Counted from the first letter of the whole stretch, positions 18,978 to 29,500 are shown. The stretch is DNA of 63,955 nt, filler included, from 8 parts of 8 records of this genome joined end to end with filler, not necessarily neighbours in it; one strand, 5' to 3'. Notes: a model not told the origin generated them from the sequence alone. Numbers and translations: made by a program.

Positions 18978-20159
18978 ATGCACAAAATCTCCGGAATTAT
19001 ATTTTTTATTTCATCCATTGCCACATTTATCTTATTTGCTGGCAACGCCTCCTCTCTTGCCTTTGAACTTGAAGAACAACTCGCAGAAGACATTCAGGAC
19101 TTTCACCTGGAAGATTTCTCCCATATAGAAGCAGCATTTATTCTCTCTGGTGCCAACCAACCGGATAGTCTGCAATTCTATTTAAATTGGTATCAGGATC
19201 TTGTCTCATCTATAAGAAACTATAACCTGGATCCTTTCGCAAAAGCAGAATCTGCAGCCAAGGTTTTCTCTTATCTGCATTCTTCCTGGCTGATAACCTA
19301 TAAGGAAGAAGCAACCACTCTTATCAATGTCGTCAATCAAAAACGATTCAATTGCGTGGCCGGAACAATCCTTTATAACCTCATTTGTGAGGAATTTGGC
19401 TGGTCCACAGAGGCATTTGAAACACCCACACACACCTATACTATATTTCCCAACTTTACCGAAAACATTACTGTGGAAAATACGACCCCAATGGGATTCA
19501 ATATAATGCAAAATCTAAAATTGTATTCAAAACATCTGCTGAATTTTTATCCAAAAAAACAAGCCTATAACATTGGTCTTGACAGGATTTATGCTTATGA
19601 AAATTCCAAAGGTCGTAAAATTGACAATACCGAATTATTAGGCCTGCTCGCTTACAATAGAGCCTATTTTGCCATGCAAGTCAAAGACTATAAACTGGCC
19701 TATCATTTTGTATTACTGGCTCAAAAATTCAACAAAGATTCCCGATCCAATGTCAACTTTGAAATCGGACTTTATTATAAATGGGGTAAATTACTTATTG
19801 ATCAGAACAGATTTCATGATGCCTTTCAGGTTTATGCGGATGCATATTACCGATACTGGGAGAACAATGATTTTTCCCACAACTGTATTTACAGTTTTTT
19901 CAAAGCACTTGCAAAGGATTGGGAAAATAAAAACTGGACAGCCAGCCGCGAGCTTGTTGACGATATGTCGGAATTGGAAATTCTGAAAGACATGGAACTG
20001 GATAGATTAAAGATGATGATGCAGAATTGGGTCGTCTACTTTTATCAACAGGGAAACAATGAAAAAGTAAAGAGTGTTATGACCAAACTGGATGGCCTGT
20101 TCCCCGGGGATGCACAAATTAAAAAGCTCAGAGAGTCCCTTTTGACCAACCCAAAATAA
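18978..20159 (+). CDS. Exported transglutaminase-like (SirB1-type) protein with TPR-like C-terminus
   Basis: Signal peptide, then FNCV...LY, P.H.Y and VENT motifs (candidate Cys-His-acid triad), then helical repeats. Confidence 0.6.
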   Translation: MHKISGIIFFISSIATFILFAGNASSLAFELEEQLAEDIQDFHLEDFSHIEAAFILSGANQPDSLQFYLNWYQDLVSSIRNYNLDPFAKAESAAKVFSYLHSSWLITYKEEATTLINVVNQKRFNCVAGTILYNLICEEFGWSTEAFETPTHTYTIFPNFTENITVENTTPMGFNIMQNLKLYSKHLLNFYPKKQAYNIGLDRIYAYENSKGRKIDNTELLGLLAYNRAYFAMQVKDYKLAYHFVLLAQKFNKDSRSNVNFEIGLYYKWGKLLIDQNRFHDAFQVYADAYYRYWENNDFSHNCIYSFFKALAKDWENKNWTASRELVDDMSELEILKDMELDRLKMMMQNWVVYFYQQGNNEKVKSVMTKLDGLFPGDAQIKKLRESLLTNPK

Positions 20160-20214
20160 AATCAATGAATTTTGATACATTTTCAACTTTGAAACCGACC
20201 ACCGGTAAATTACC

Positions 20215-20427
20215 TCATCGGTTTCTTACCCACCACATAAACAAGAGATATAAAAACCAAATAACAACAAAAAGCTTCATACCAGACCACAATGTCCGTC
20301 CGCTTTCCCGAAAGGAATTTTTTAAAGCATTCGGTTTAAACAATTCTCCGGAAAGAAATAACGATACAATTCGACCGCCCAATATAACCACAACAAGAAT
20401 AAATAATAAATAGACAACTAGACGCAT
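20215..20427 (-). CDS. Small membrane protein
   Basis: 70 aa with two hydrophobic helices, co-oriented with and just downstream of the prenyltransferase. Confidence 0.55.
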   Translation of the reverse strand: MRLVVYLLFILVVVILGGRIVSLFLSGELFKPNALKNSFRESGRTLWSGMKLFVVIWFLYLLFMWWVRNR

Positions 20428-20468
20428 TTTTTTAACGCTTTTTTATTCAACTATTTCTACTTCATCTC

Positions 20469-20922
20469 TTACGAGTTACGATCTTTAAGGATCAAAAGCA
20501 ATTCATATAGAAAATCCCTGGCCGTACACCCGGGAATATTTGCAAGAGCATCCTCGGCATTTTTAAGATCGGTTTGTATTTCAGATTTCGCAGCCGCAAT
20601 GGTACCTGATTCTTCAAAAAGAAGATAGGCTTGTTTTAAATCTGAACTGGAAAGTTTTCCTTTATTTCTAATATCATGCAATTTTTTCAGCACATTCTTG
20701 TCTGCGAACTGGTTCGCATGAGCAATGAGAAATGTTTTTTTATTTTCCTCCAGATCACTTCCGGTATCTTTTCCCAAAACTTCCTGTTCGGCAATAATGT
20801 CCAGCAAATCATCCTGTACCTGAAAAGCCCTCCCAAGCATCTCTCCATACATGTGCATGGACTGAATTTGCTTTTGAGATCCATTTCCAATCATGGCACC
20901 CATTTCACATGCAACGGCAAAA
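20469..20922 (-). CDS. Polyprenyl diphosphate synthase, C-terminal part (5' truncated by contig end)
   Basis: G..LG.AFQVQDDLLD, GK..GSDL.E.KKT (second Asp-rich motif). Confidence 0.88.
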
Positions 20923-21022
20923 NNNNNNNNNNNNNNNNNNNNNNNNNNNNNNNNNNNNNNNNNNNNTTAATTAATTAANNNNNNNNNNNNNNNNNNNNNN
21001 NNNNNNNNNNNNNNNNNNNNNN
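20923..21022. other. Artificial contig linker
   Basis: N44-TTAATTAATTAA-N44. Confidence 0.99.
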
Positions 21023-21023
21023 C

Positions 21024-21488
21024 TGCCCCGAAATGATAATGGGAGTTGGCTCTGTTATTGACGAAGCCACAGCAGCTATGTACATTGCTTTAGGAACCAA
21101 CTTTATTGTGGCTCCTTTAGTAGACGAGGCAACAGCAAAAGTTTGTAACAAACGCAAAATTGCATGGAGCCCCGGTTGTGGCTCGGTAACAGAAATTGGA
21201 AAAGCGCACGAACTGGGTGCTGAAGTTGTTAAAATTTTCCCCGGCTCGCAAGTGGGTGGACCAGCATTTGTAAAGGGAGTAAAAGGACCAATGCCTTGGG
21301 CCAGTATAATGCCAACTGGTGGTGTTTCGCCAACCGAAGACAATCTGAAAGGATGGTTTGACGCAGGAGTAACCTGTGTTGGAATGGGCTCGCAGTTGTT
21401 CCCAAAAGATGTTCTTGCTGAAAAAAATTACAGCTACATTACTGATAAATGTGCAGAGGCAATGGCTATAATCAAGAGTTTTCAATAA
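21024..21488 (+). CDS. eda: KDPG/KHG aldolase, 5' truncated
   Basis: GVGSV.D, PGCGSVTEI, VKIFP, MPTGGV and WF.AG..CVG.GS motifs. Confidence 0.9.
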   Translation, partial: CPEMIMGVGSVIDEATAAMYIALGTNFIVAPLVDEATAKVCNKRKIAWSPGCGSVTEIGKAHELGAEVVKIFPGSQVGGPAFVKGVKGPMPWASIMPTGGVSPTEDNLKGWFDAGVTCVGMGSQLFPKDVLAEKNYSYITDKCAEAMAIIKSFQ

Positions 21489-21517
21489 AATCAAATAAAT
21501 TCTAAATCAATAATTTT

Positions 21518-22843
21518 ATGTCAGAAATTCAAAAACCAGCAGGGAGGTATCGTTTTAGGGTACTGGCCTTGTTATTTGCTGCAACTTCAATCAACTATTT
21601 CGATAGGAGCTTGATGGGTGTAATGTCGCCTGAACTTATCGAATGGTTTGGTTGGACGAAACAAGATTATTCAAATATTCTAATTGCCTTCCAAATTGCT
21701 TATGCAATCGGACTACTTTCCATGGGAGGAATCATTGACCGCTTAGGAACAAAAAAAGGTTATATCCTTTCTATTGGGCTGTGGAGTGTTTTCGGAATGC
21801 TGCACGCAACAATTGGAAAAGGCTTTAGCTTAATCGGTTTTATGATGGCACGATTTGGACTTGGTTATGGCGAGTCGGGTAACTTTCCGGCTGCGATTAA
21901 AACCACTGCCGAATGGTTCCCTAAAAAAGAACGTGCTTTTGCCACAGGTATTTTTAATGCTGCAACAAGTGTAGGTGCTATTGCAGCACCATTTGTTATT
22001 GGCGCTATTGTATACTGGACTGGTGGCGAACGAGGTCAGGGAGAGCTGGTAAACTGGCGTATCCCATTTTTAATTACTGGTGTTTTAAGTGCAATTTGGG
22101 TGTTTTTGTGGTGGACTACTTATAAAAAACCTGAAAACCATAAAAAAATATCGAAAGAGGAACTTGATTATATTAATAGTGACTCCGTTGTAGAAAGCGA
22201 CGAAAAACTTCCATGGAAAAAAGTATTTCCAAAACGTCAAACATGGGCTTTCTCTTTAGCAAAAGTTACTGATGCTGTGTGGTGGTTCTACCTTTTCTGG
22301 GGAGCTATTTTCCTTGCCGATAAGTTTGGAGTTGATATTAAACATATGGGACTACCATTTTTGGTTATTTATTTAATTGCCGATAGTGGAAGTATTTTTG
22401 GCGGTTGGCTTTCAGGAGCTTTAATCAAAAAAGGATGGTCGATTAACAAAGCACGTAAACTAACTTTATTAATTTGTGCTTTGGTTATTTTACCTGTATG
22501 TTACGTTGCTATCACCGATAACCAATGGTTGGCAATTTTCTTAATTGGTTTAGGAGCTGCCGGTCACCAGGCTTGGTCTGCTAATATTTTCACTTTGGCA
22601 TCTGACGTATTTCCGAAAAAAGCAACTGCCTCGGTTGTTGGTATTGGTGGAATGGTAGGAGCCGTAGCTGGTATTATTAGTAATATTATTCTTGGTGCAG
22701 TACTCGATGATGCCAATTCAACAGGTTTCTTCTGGGCATTTTTAGTAGCAGGTTCTTGTTATGTGATTATTTTAGGTTTAGTACATTTAATTATGCCTAA
22801 AATGACACCGCTGGATGAGAATTTGGAATTAGTTGCAGAATAG
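21518..22843 (+). CDS. MFS hexuronate transporter (ExuT-like)
   Basis: INYFDR, ESGNFPAAIK..AEWFP.KERA.ATGIFN, WWFYLFW and AAGHQAWSAN motifs. Lies next to eda. Confidence 0.88.
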   Translation: MSEIQKPAGRYRFRVLALLFAATSINYFDRSLMGVMSPELIEWFGWTKQDYSNILIAFQIAYAIGLLSMGGIIDRLGTKKGYILSIGLWSVFGMLHATIGKGFSLIGFMMARFGLGYGESGNFPAAIKTTAEWFPKKERAFATGIFNAATSVGAIAAPFVIGAIVYWTGGERGQGELVNWRIPFLITGVLSAIWVFLWWTTYKKPENHKKISKEELDYINSDSVVESDEKLPWKKVFPKRQTWAFSLAKVTDAVWWFYLFWGAIFLADKFGVDIKHMGLPFLVIYLIADSGSIFGGWLSGALIKKGWSINKARKLTLLICALVILPVCYVAITDNQWLAIFLIGLGAAGHQAWSANIFTLASDVFPKKATASVVGIGGMVGAVAGIISNIILGAVLDDANSTGFFWAFLVAGSCYVIILGLVHLIMPKMTPLDENLELVAE

Positions 22844-22864
22844 TTTCGAAATTAATTTATATAG

Positions 22865-22897
22865 AAAGGCTTTTCGTATCTGCGGAAAGCCTTTTTT
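22865..22897 (+). terminator. Intrinsic terminator
   Basis: AAAGGCTTTTCG...CGGAAAGCCTTTTTT. Confidence 0.8.
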
Positions 22898-22911
22898 CAT
22901 TTTTACCTGAT

Positions 22912-23367
22912 ATGAAAATTTTCGTTTTCGACCTTGACTTTACCATCTGGGATGCCGGCGGAACCTGGTGCGATGCTACAAATCCTCCTTATTATTGGAA
23001 AGAAGGCAGTTTGCTCGATCAGTCGGGCAGCGAAATGCAGCTTTATCCCGACGTGCCATATATTCTGGAGAAGCTGAAACAAGACGGAAAGAAAATTGTT
23101 GCTGCTTCACGAACTTTCGAACCAAGCTGGGCACAAGACCTTATTCATTTATTCGATATTGATAAATATTTCGACTTAAAAGAAATATACCCCAGCAGCA
23201 AAGTGGCACACTTCAAAAAGATTCAAAATCATTTTAAACTTCCTTACTCCGACATAGTGTTTTTCGACGATGAATACCGAAATATTGATGAAGTTGGCAA
23301 ACTTGGAGTAGAATCGGTTTTGGTTCAAAACGGATTAAATTTTAAAATGGTGTCGGATTATCTTTAA
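22912..23367 (+). CDS. Magnesium-dependent phosphatase-1 (HAD IIIC) family
   Basis: VFDLDFTIW, ASRT, EIYP..K..HF and FFDDE.RNI motifs. Confidence 0.85.
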   Translation: MKIFVFDLDFTIWDAGGTWCDATNPPYYWKEGSLLDQSGSEMQLYPDVPYILEKLKQDGKKIVAASRTFEPSWAQDLIHLFDIDKYFDLKEIYPSSKVAHFKKIQNHFKLPYSDIVFFDDEYRNIDEVGKLGVESVLVQNGLNFKMVSDYL

Positions 23368-23399
23368 TCCAACAAATATTTTTACTTCCCAACCCAAAT

Positions 23400-23426
23400 T
23401 GCAACAATATTTCAGTATTTTGAAAC
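23400..23426 (+). promoter_or_regulatory. Candidate AraC-type operator, copy 1
   Basis: TGCAACAATATTTCAGTATTTTGAAAC, 21/27 identical to 25261-25287, with half-sites 21 bp apart. Confidence 0.6.
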
Positions 23427-23525
23427 ATTGAATAGCTCCTGTTATTCCTTTTTTACGGATATTTATAGAGCAAAATAGGAATAACTTTTGCCGTTATCTG
23501 AAATCAATAACTTTTAACCTGAACT

Positions 23526-25259
23526 ATGAATACTGTTCCGTCGATGGAAAAACGTTTTCTGGAAAAATTTATCGAAATTATGGAAGATAATTTTGCTAAC
23601 GACCAGTTTCAGGTTAACGATTTGGCTGCTGAGATGGGAATGAGCCGGGCCACACTTCATCGAAAAGTTAAAGCTGCTACAGGTAAAACAATTAGCCAGG
23701 TTATTAACGAAGTACGTTTAAAAGCAGCAAAAGAATTGCTTATAAATCGCTCGGGAACTGTTTCGGAAGTAGCTTTCATGGTTGGTTTTGGAAGTTCAAC
23801 CTATTTTATCAAATGTTTTCGCGATTTCTATGGGATTCCTCCCGGTGAAGTATTAAAAGAAAATTTTCAGATCATTGAATTTGATGCTCAAAAGTCAGAA
23901 TCACCTAAAATAAAGTCGAAATACAAGTTTGTGTTATTGCCCGTTATGGTAGTTGTTATTGCCGTAATTTTATATGCCATACTATTTAACAATTCTGAAA
24001 ATAAAATTGAAACTCCACCTCCTTCAACTAAAAATAAGGCTGCCTTAAATCTTTATTTGCAAGGATTGAAATTGCTGGATGTTTATTCCGGAAGTCAAAA
24101 AGAAGAGCATTTTATGGAAGCTAAAATTAAATACGAGCAAGCCATTAAACTCGATTCTGCTTTTGGCGATGCATATACCCGGCTGGCTGGTATCTATTTG
24201 TCGCATATTCCTTATTCTGAAAAAACAAATCGTGGTTTTGATTATAGCGATTCGGCCATGATTTATATTGAAAAGGCAGAGCATTTTGGAGTGGGAGACA
24301 AGGATTTTCTATTAAGAATGAAGTCTGTTTATTATCAACGCAGGCAAAATTTTCAGAAGGCATTGGTAATTTTCGAACAACGTTGGGAGCATCGGGAAAA
24401 AGATTATCAATATCATTACGAACGTGGAAATCATGGTTTTTTTATGCGCGAATATGACGTGACAATTAAGCACCTGCTGAAGTATTTGGAAATGAAACCA
24501 AAAAATGAAATGCCTGAATACGACAGACTTTTTAAGCTGGCAATGGTTTTTTCGAATGCTGGTTTTGCTGAAGAGTCGATGGAATTTGCTTATCGGCAGT
24601 TTCAACTTATAAACGATACTTTAAAATATAAAGGTTGGTATCCGCATGTTATTTATAATTGTGGTTTACTCGAAAAGGTAATGTTGTATTACGAAGAATC
24701 ATACCGAAAACAAGAGATTGGTACAACCGTATACAATAAATTGTTGGAAATGTATTTACTCACTAACCAAAACGAAAAAGGATTAAAACTCCTTCCGGAA
24801 TGTGTTGAATACAATAAAAAAGTTTCGTCGGGTATTTTACCAAACTACATAGTTGGTTATTACCATTGGTTAAAGAACGATGTAGAACTGGCAAATACTC
24901 ATTTTACTAGTGAAATTAGACGTTGGGAGTATTTTTGTGAATTGAATAACTCACCTGAAACGAAAATAAACTACCTGAGAATTGCTGCTTGTTATGCTAT
25001 GCTTAACAAAAAGGAAGATGCAATAAACAGTCTTAAAAAGTTGAGTGAAATAAAATCTGTTCCATATTTGGTGGTTTTAAAACTTCAGAAATTACCAATG
25101 TTTGATAATCTTAGAGGCGAGCCGGCTTTTGAGGAAATTACAACAGAAATAGAAAATAAACACCGCGAAGAACATCTACGCATAAAACAATCTATTAAAA
25201 ACAGTCCGTTCGAAATAAACTATACTAAAAATGGTACAGTTTCTATCTCAGGTACCTAA
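23526..25259 (+). CDS. Membrane-spanning AraC-family regulator (N-terminal HTH, TM, periplasmic TPR region)
   Basis: LA.EMGMSR.TLHRK, RL..A.ELL, VSEVAF.VGFGS.TYF.KCF..FYG..P, one TM, TPR helices ending P.FD.LR.EP.F. Confidence 0.85.
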   Translation: MNTVPSMEKRFLEKFIEIMEDNFANDQFQVNDLAAEMGMSRATLHRKVKAATGKTISQVINEVRLKAAKELLINRSGTVSEVAFMVGFGSSTYFIKCFRDFYGIPPGEVLKENFQIIEFDAQKSESPKIKSKYKFVLLPVMVVVIAVILYAILFNNSENKIETPPPSTKNKAALNLYLQGLKLLDVYSGSQKEEHFMEAKIKYEQAIKLDSAFGDAYTRLAGIYLSHIPYSEKTNRGFDYSDSAMIYIEKAEHFGVGDKDFLLRMKSVYYQRRQNFQKALVIFEQRWEHREKDYQYHYERGNHGFFMREYDVTIKHLLKYLEMKPKNEMPEYDRLFKLAMVFSNAGFAEESMEFAYRQFQLINDTLKYKGWYPHVIYNCGLLEKVMLYYEESYRKQEIGTTVYNKLLEMYLLTNQNEKGLKLLPECVEYNKKVSSGILPNYIVGYYHWLKNDVELANTHFTSEIRRWEYFCELNNSPETKINYLRIAACYAMLNKKEDAINSLKKLSEIKSVPYLVVLKLQKLPMFDNLRGEPAFEEITTEIENKHREEHLRIKQSIKNSPFEINYTKNGTVSISGT

Positions 25260-25260
25260 T

Positions 25261-25287
25261 TGATACAAAATTTCAGCTATTTGAAAC
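25261..25287 (+). promoter_or_regulatory. Candidate AraC-type operator, copy 2
   Basis: TGATACAAAATTTCAGCTATTTGAAAC, starting 58 bp before a GAACTTTG -7-like element. Confidence 0.6.
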
Positions 25288-25355
25288 GACGTTTATATGG
25301 TTGTATTTCATTTTAACAGAACTTTGAATTGTTGTTTCATTAAATACAAAAGGTT

Positions 25356-27776
25356 ATGAAAAAGCTAATTCTTCTTGTATGTATTTCTTCAATATTTAGT
25401 TTGAGTTGTTTGGCTCAGAAAATTGAAAAAACTGCTGCAAATAATAAAACAGTAGAGTTCCATAAACTATATTTACACACCGACCGTGAGTTTTTTTTTG
25501 AGGGCGATACATTATGGTTTGCTGCTTATTTGTTGAATGGCCAAACGCATTTACCTGTTGAAGAGAAATGTAATCTATCCGTTGATATTATTAATGAAGA
25601 CGGAGAAGTTGTTCAAAACAACCTTTACCTTGTTTTTAATGGCAGCTGTTCTGGTAATTTAAGTTTAGACATACAAAATATACCGGAAGGAAAATATTTG
25701 CTTAGAGCGTATACCGATTATCTTAAAAATTTTGGAACAGATGCCTTTTTTACAAAAAACATTCGTGTGTCTTCTGTGAAAAATTCATTCGAACCGGAAG
25801 TAGATAAAAGTAAAGATGGAACACGAGAAGGACAAAAATTAGATGTTCAGTTTTTGCCTGAAGGAGGCTTTCTTCTTTCTGGAAAATCGAATTGTGTGGC
25901 TTTTAAGGTTTTAAATGAAAAAGGAAAGGGAGTAGAAATATCAGGCAAACTTTTTGATTCTCAAAATAATGAAGTTCTAAAATTTCAGTCGATTTATAAA
26001 GGTGCCGGAAAATTCTATTTTATTCCTAAAGCAGGTGAAAAGTATTCTGTTAAAATTGACGGACGCGATAAATCAACAATAAAACTTCCTGAAGCAAGAA
26101 ACACAGGAGCACTGATAAAACTGATTGCACAAAGTGAGCGGGCGGTTAGTTTTATGATTCAGAAACAAGGAATGTCCTCGAAACTCCCATTGAAAATGGC
26201 ATGTATAAGCAGGGGAGAATCGCTTTTTATTATTGATGTTGATACGGAGAAAATTAACGCTGTTTTGAGCATTGGAGCCGAAAAGCTTAGAAACGGAATT
26301 AACCGTTTTGTTCTCTACGATAATCAAATGAATCCACTATCTGAACGCCTAATATTTCAGAATAAGGTAGAAATAAACAAACTTAAAGTACGGATTGGCG
26401 ATGATTCTTACGGTAAGCGAGAGGAGGTTCAGCTAAACATTTCACCATCTGCATTAAATCGTAACGAAACAGCTTTGGTTTCGGTGGCAGTAGTCGATGA
26501 AAATTATGTGAATGCCAGCGGGATATCTGAAAATATAGCATCTTATCTTTTGCTTAATTCCGAATTAAAAGGAAATGTTGAATCTCCGGCAAATTATTTT
26601 ATTGAAGACAAAAACTTAAACTCTCAAACCAAGTTAGATTTGCTAATGTGTACAAATGGTTGGAGTAATTATCAGTGGAATTATTTGTTTCCTACCGATG
26701 TAAATTTCGATTATAAACCCATGTTTGGCTTCGATTTTTCGGGTAAAGTAAAAAAAGCAATAGGTAAGAAAGGTGTAGATGATGGAAATGTATTTTTTAT
26801 GGTGAAAAGCAAAGAACGTACTCAGTTTCTCGATTTGCCCTTAAATATCGACGGAAGTTTCGCATTCGAGGAAATTGTATTTTTCGATTCTGCCTCGGTA
26901 TTTGCCCAGGGAAGAAATAAACGCGATAAAAATACAATTAAGTTCGATATGACTTTCCCGGATATTGCACCTTTTGAAGTTGATAAAAATAGTTTGCAAC
27001 TGTTTCAAAACGATGTAAAAATACCCGTTTCGGTATATCGACAACACTATATAAATGAATTACGACGTAAAGAATTTTTTCCTGACAAGGAAAATATCTT
27101 ATTGGATGAAATTGAGGTGAAAAGAAAAAGTTATATTGAAAAGTGGAAAACCGGAAAAGAGAAGAAAGGAGATGGCCCATATTTGTTAACTACGATAAAA
27201 ACTGCCGGAAACACAAACATTATTGAATATTTGCAAACCAAAGTGCCGGGTGTTTGGCCAACTCGTGGAAGACAAAGCATTACCTTTTCGCCCGGAGCAG
27301 CAGCGAATTTAGAATCGATGGATCCTGAACCACTGTTTTGGATTGATTATCATTTGAAACTTACTGTCGATGAAATCAGAAACTATTCAATTGATATATT
27401 TGAAACAATAGAGTTGATTTCTCCTCCGGCATCCTATTTTTATCGTGCGCCTAATGGAGCGGTGCTACTAACTACCAAAACCGGAAAATTGCACGATAAA
27501 AGAAACGCTGTTTTATTAGGCGGAGCGGTTAAAGTAATGAATGGTTTTACAAAAGTACGTGAGTTCTATTCTCCTAAATATTCTGCGGAAAATTTAGACT
27601 CTGAAATTCCTGATTACAGAAATACATTGTATTGGAATCCTGCCTTAATTCTTTCCGGAGAACAAAATGTATTTTTTCATGCTTGTGACAATGTATCCCA
27701 TTACCGGGTTTTTGTTGAAGGTATTACTGAAACCGGTAAAATATGTATTGGCGAAGCTGAGTTTGTTGTTGAATAA
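25356..27776 (+). CDS. Bacteroidota MG2/macroglobulin-like protein with a TonB-plug-like C-terminal region
   Basis: KLYLHTDR..F..GDTLWFAAY, LRAYT, VQFLPEGG, SERLIF, YLLL.SELKG.VE.P..Y, LDLLM.T.GW and REFYSP.Y...PDYRNTLYWNP motifs. Confidence 0.8.
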   Translation: MKKLILLVCISSIFSLSCLAQKIEKTAANNKTVEFHKLYLHTDREFFFEGDTLWFAAYLLNGQTHLPVEEKCNLSVDIINEDGEVVQNNLYLVFNGSCSGNLSLDIQNIPEGKYLLRAYTDYLKNFGTDAFFTKNIRVSSVKNSFEPEVDKSKDGTREGQKLDVQFLPEGGFLLSGKSNCVAFKVLNEKGKGVEISGKLFDSQNNEVLKFQSIYKGAGKFYFIPKAGEKYSVKIDGRDKSTIKLPEARNTGALIKLIAQSERAVSFMIQKQGMSSKLPLKMACISRGESLFIIDVDTEKINAVLSIGAEKLRNGINRFVLYDNQMNPLSERLIFQNKVEINKLKVRIGDDSYGKREEVQLNISPSALNRNETALVSVAVVDENYVNASGISENIASYLLLNSELKGNVESPANYFIEDKNLNSQTKLDLLMCTNGWSNYQWNYLFPTDVNFDYKPMFGFDFSGKVKKAIGKKGVDDGNVFFMVKSKERTQFLDLPLNIDGSFAFEEIVFFDSASVFAQGRNKRDKNTIKFDMTFPDIAPFEVDKNSLQLFQNDVKIPVSVYRQHYINELRRKEFFPDKENILLDEIEVKRKSYIEKWKTGKEKKGDGPYLLTTIKTAGNTNIIEYLQTKVPGVWPTRGRQSITFSPGAAANLESMDPEPLFWIDYHLKLTVDEIRNYSIDIFETIELISPPASYFYRAPNGAVLLTTKTGKLHDKRNAVLLGGAVKVMNGFTKVREFYSPKYSAENLDSEIPDYRNTLYWNPALILSGEQNVFFHACDNVSHYRVFVEGITETGKICIGEAEFVVE

Positions 27777-27784
27777 TATCGGAA

Positions 27785-29500
27785 ATGGCTATATATGTTT
27801 TTCATAAAAGACTGGTTTTGCTGTTGTTCCTGTTTATAGCTGCTTTTACAGGAAATGCAACTATTCATAAAAACACTAACATAAAACAGGTTGTTTATAG
27901 TCAGGTTATTAACAATAGAACAACTTCGTTTAATGTTACTTGCAATCAAGATTCAGCAGAAGTCTGTCAGAGGACAGACTTATCTGCTGTTTCTAAAAAA
28001 TTATTTCTTTCAAATTTCAGGGCAAGTGAGCCAAACGAAATTAGAGGTAAAGTTTTAAATAAAAATGGAATTGGAATTGAATATGCGACCCTGTATAATC
28101 TAAATAGAAAAACATCGTGTATTACCAACCCAAAAGGGGAGTTTAAAATTGAGGGTAAAATTGGAGATGTACTTGAAATTCGTCATTTAAATTATATCAC
28201 AAAAGAAGTAGAGGTTTTATTTGAAATTTGTGAATTTGTTTTAACCGAAAAGCTTTACAAACTGGCAGAAGTTGTTGTTTCGCCAAAGGCTGCTTTCGAT
28301 TTGTTTAACACCGCTTGTACAAATACCTTATTTACATTTAAAGAAGATAATTTGTCGAGGGCTTATTGCCGGGTAACACGAAAAACCAACAAATACATTG
28401 CACAAACCGTCGATTTAGATTTAGACATTTATCAGAAGAAATATAAAAGTTTTGGAAGAGGAGAACAAGTTAAAGTATTCAAAGTGCAGGAACGGATAGA
28501 AAAAACAGGAACCTCAATATATGGAATTCCCGAAATGCAACTCACTTTTTTTTATCCTCAAATTCAGGAAATATATTGGGTTGAATTGCCCAATAAGTTT
28601 AACTATTTCAAAATCGACGAGGAGGATTTTATCCGCTTACAACTGATAAATAAAAAAGATTATCCTTATCTCGTTAGAATCGAAGTATTGATTAACCGAA
28701 AAGATTCAACACTTCATTCGTTTGCCATGGACAAAAGAAACCTTACCACTTTTTCGATAAGTTCTGCGGGTATTATAAAACGAAATCTTGCTGAGTTTGA
28801 CGATTATCTCCTGGAAAAAACAAATCATTTTATTTTGTATGAATATAAAAATGGTTTCGGCTATTTATCGGAATATTATCAGGATGTAACCATCGCAGAA
28901 AATAAAATAAGGGAAAACAAGATTGAACTCAGACAGCACCTTAGAACGTACAATAACGGTAATGAAAAACCAGAACGACGAAGGGGCCGACGAAGAATAT
29001 TTGAGAACTCATATAATCCGTTGAAAACAATAAACAGGTACAATACTGAATTTTGGAAGGATTACAGCTTAATGAATTTTACTTATGATTTTGAGAACTT
29101 AATGGATACGAAGGGAAATATCGACCAAAAAGTTCTGGTTGCTTCAACTGATAGTGTTGATGCCCCTGACGCAATTGAGATTAAAAAGGAGAGCGTTAAT
29201 GTTTCAAGGTACGAAATGGAAAACAAGACTGAAACACTTTTAGAAATAGCACAAAAATTTAAGATAAGCACCGACGATATTTTGTTTGTACCCTATTACA
29301 TAGAGGATGACCGTCCAGTGTTTTCTGAAAAAAAGTATGGCATTCAAGACATGCTTCTTAATATTGAATCTCCTGAAATTTTAAATAATATAATGCAGGT
29401 ATTTTACTCCAATAAACCGCTGGTGAGGACAAACTATGGCTGCACGAATTTTACTTGCACCAAAGATTTAAAGGCCTGGTATTTCCTTTTTTTAATGTAA
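27785..29500 (+). CDS. Exported protein with a carboxypeptidase-regulatory-like domain
   Basis: Signal peptide, G.V....G..IEYAT, TN..GEF, L.EVVV and Y..EFW.DY motifs. Confidence 0.7.
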   Translation: MAIYVFHKRLVLLLFLFIAAFTGNATIHKNTNIKQVVYSQVINNRTTSFNVTCNQDSAEVCQRTDLSAVSKKLFLSNFRASEPNEIRGKVLNKNGIGIEYATLYNLNRKTSCITNPKGEFKIEGKIGDVLEIRHLNYITKEVEVLFEICEFVLTEKLYKLAEVVVSPKAAFDLFNTACTNTLFTFKEDNLSRAYCRVTRKTNKYIAQTVDLDLDIYQKKYKSFGRGEQVKVFKVQERIEKTGTSIYGIPEMQLTFFYPQIQEIYWVELPNKFNYFKIDEEDFIRLQLINKKDYPYLVRIEVLINRKDSTLHSFAMDKRNLTTFSISSAGIIKRNLAEFDDYLLEKTNHFILYEYKNGFGYLSEYYQDVTIAENKIRENKIELRQHLRTYNNGNEKPERRRGRRRIFENSYNPLKTINRYNTEFWKDYSLMNFTYDFENLMDTKGNIDQKVLVASTDSVDAPDAIEIKKESVNVSRYEMENKTETLLEIAQKFKISTDDILFVPYYIEDDRPVFSEKKYGIQDMLLNIESPEILNNIMQVFYSNKPLVRTNYGCTNFTCTKDLKAWYFLFLM

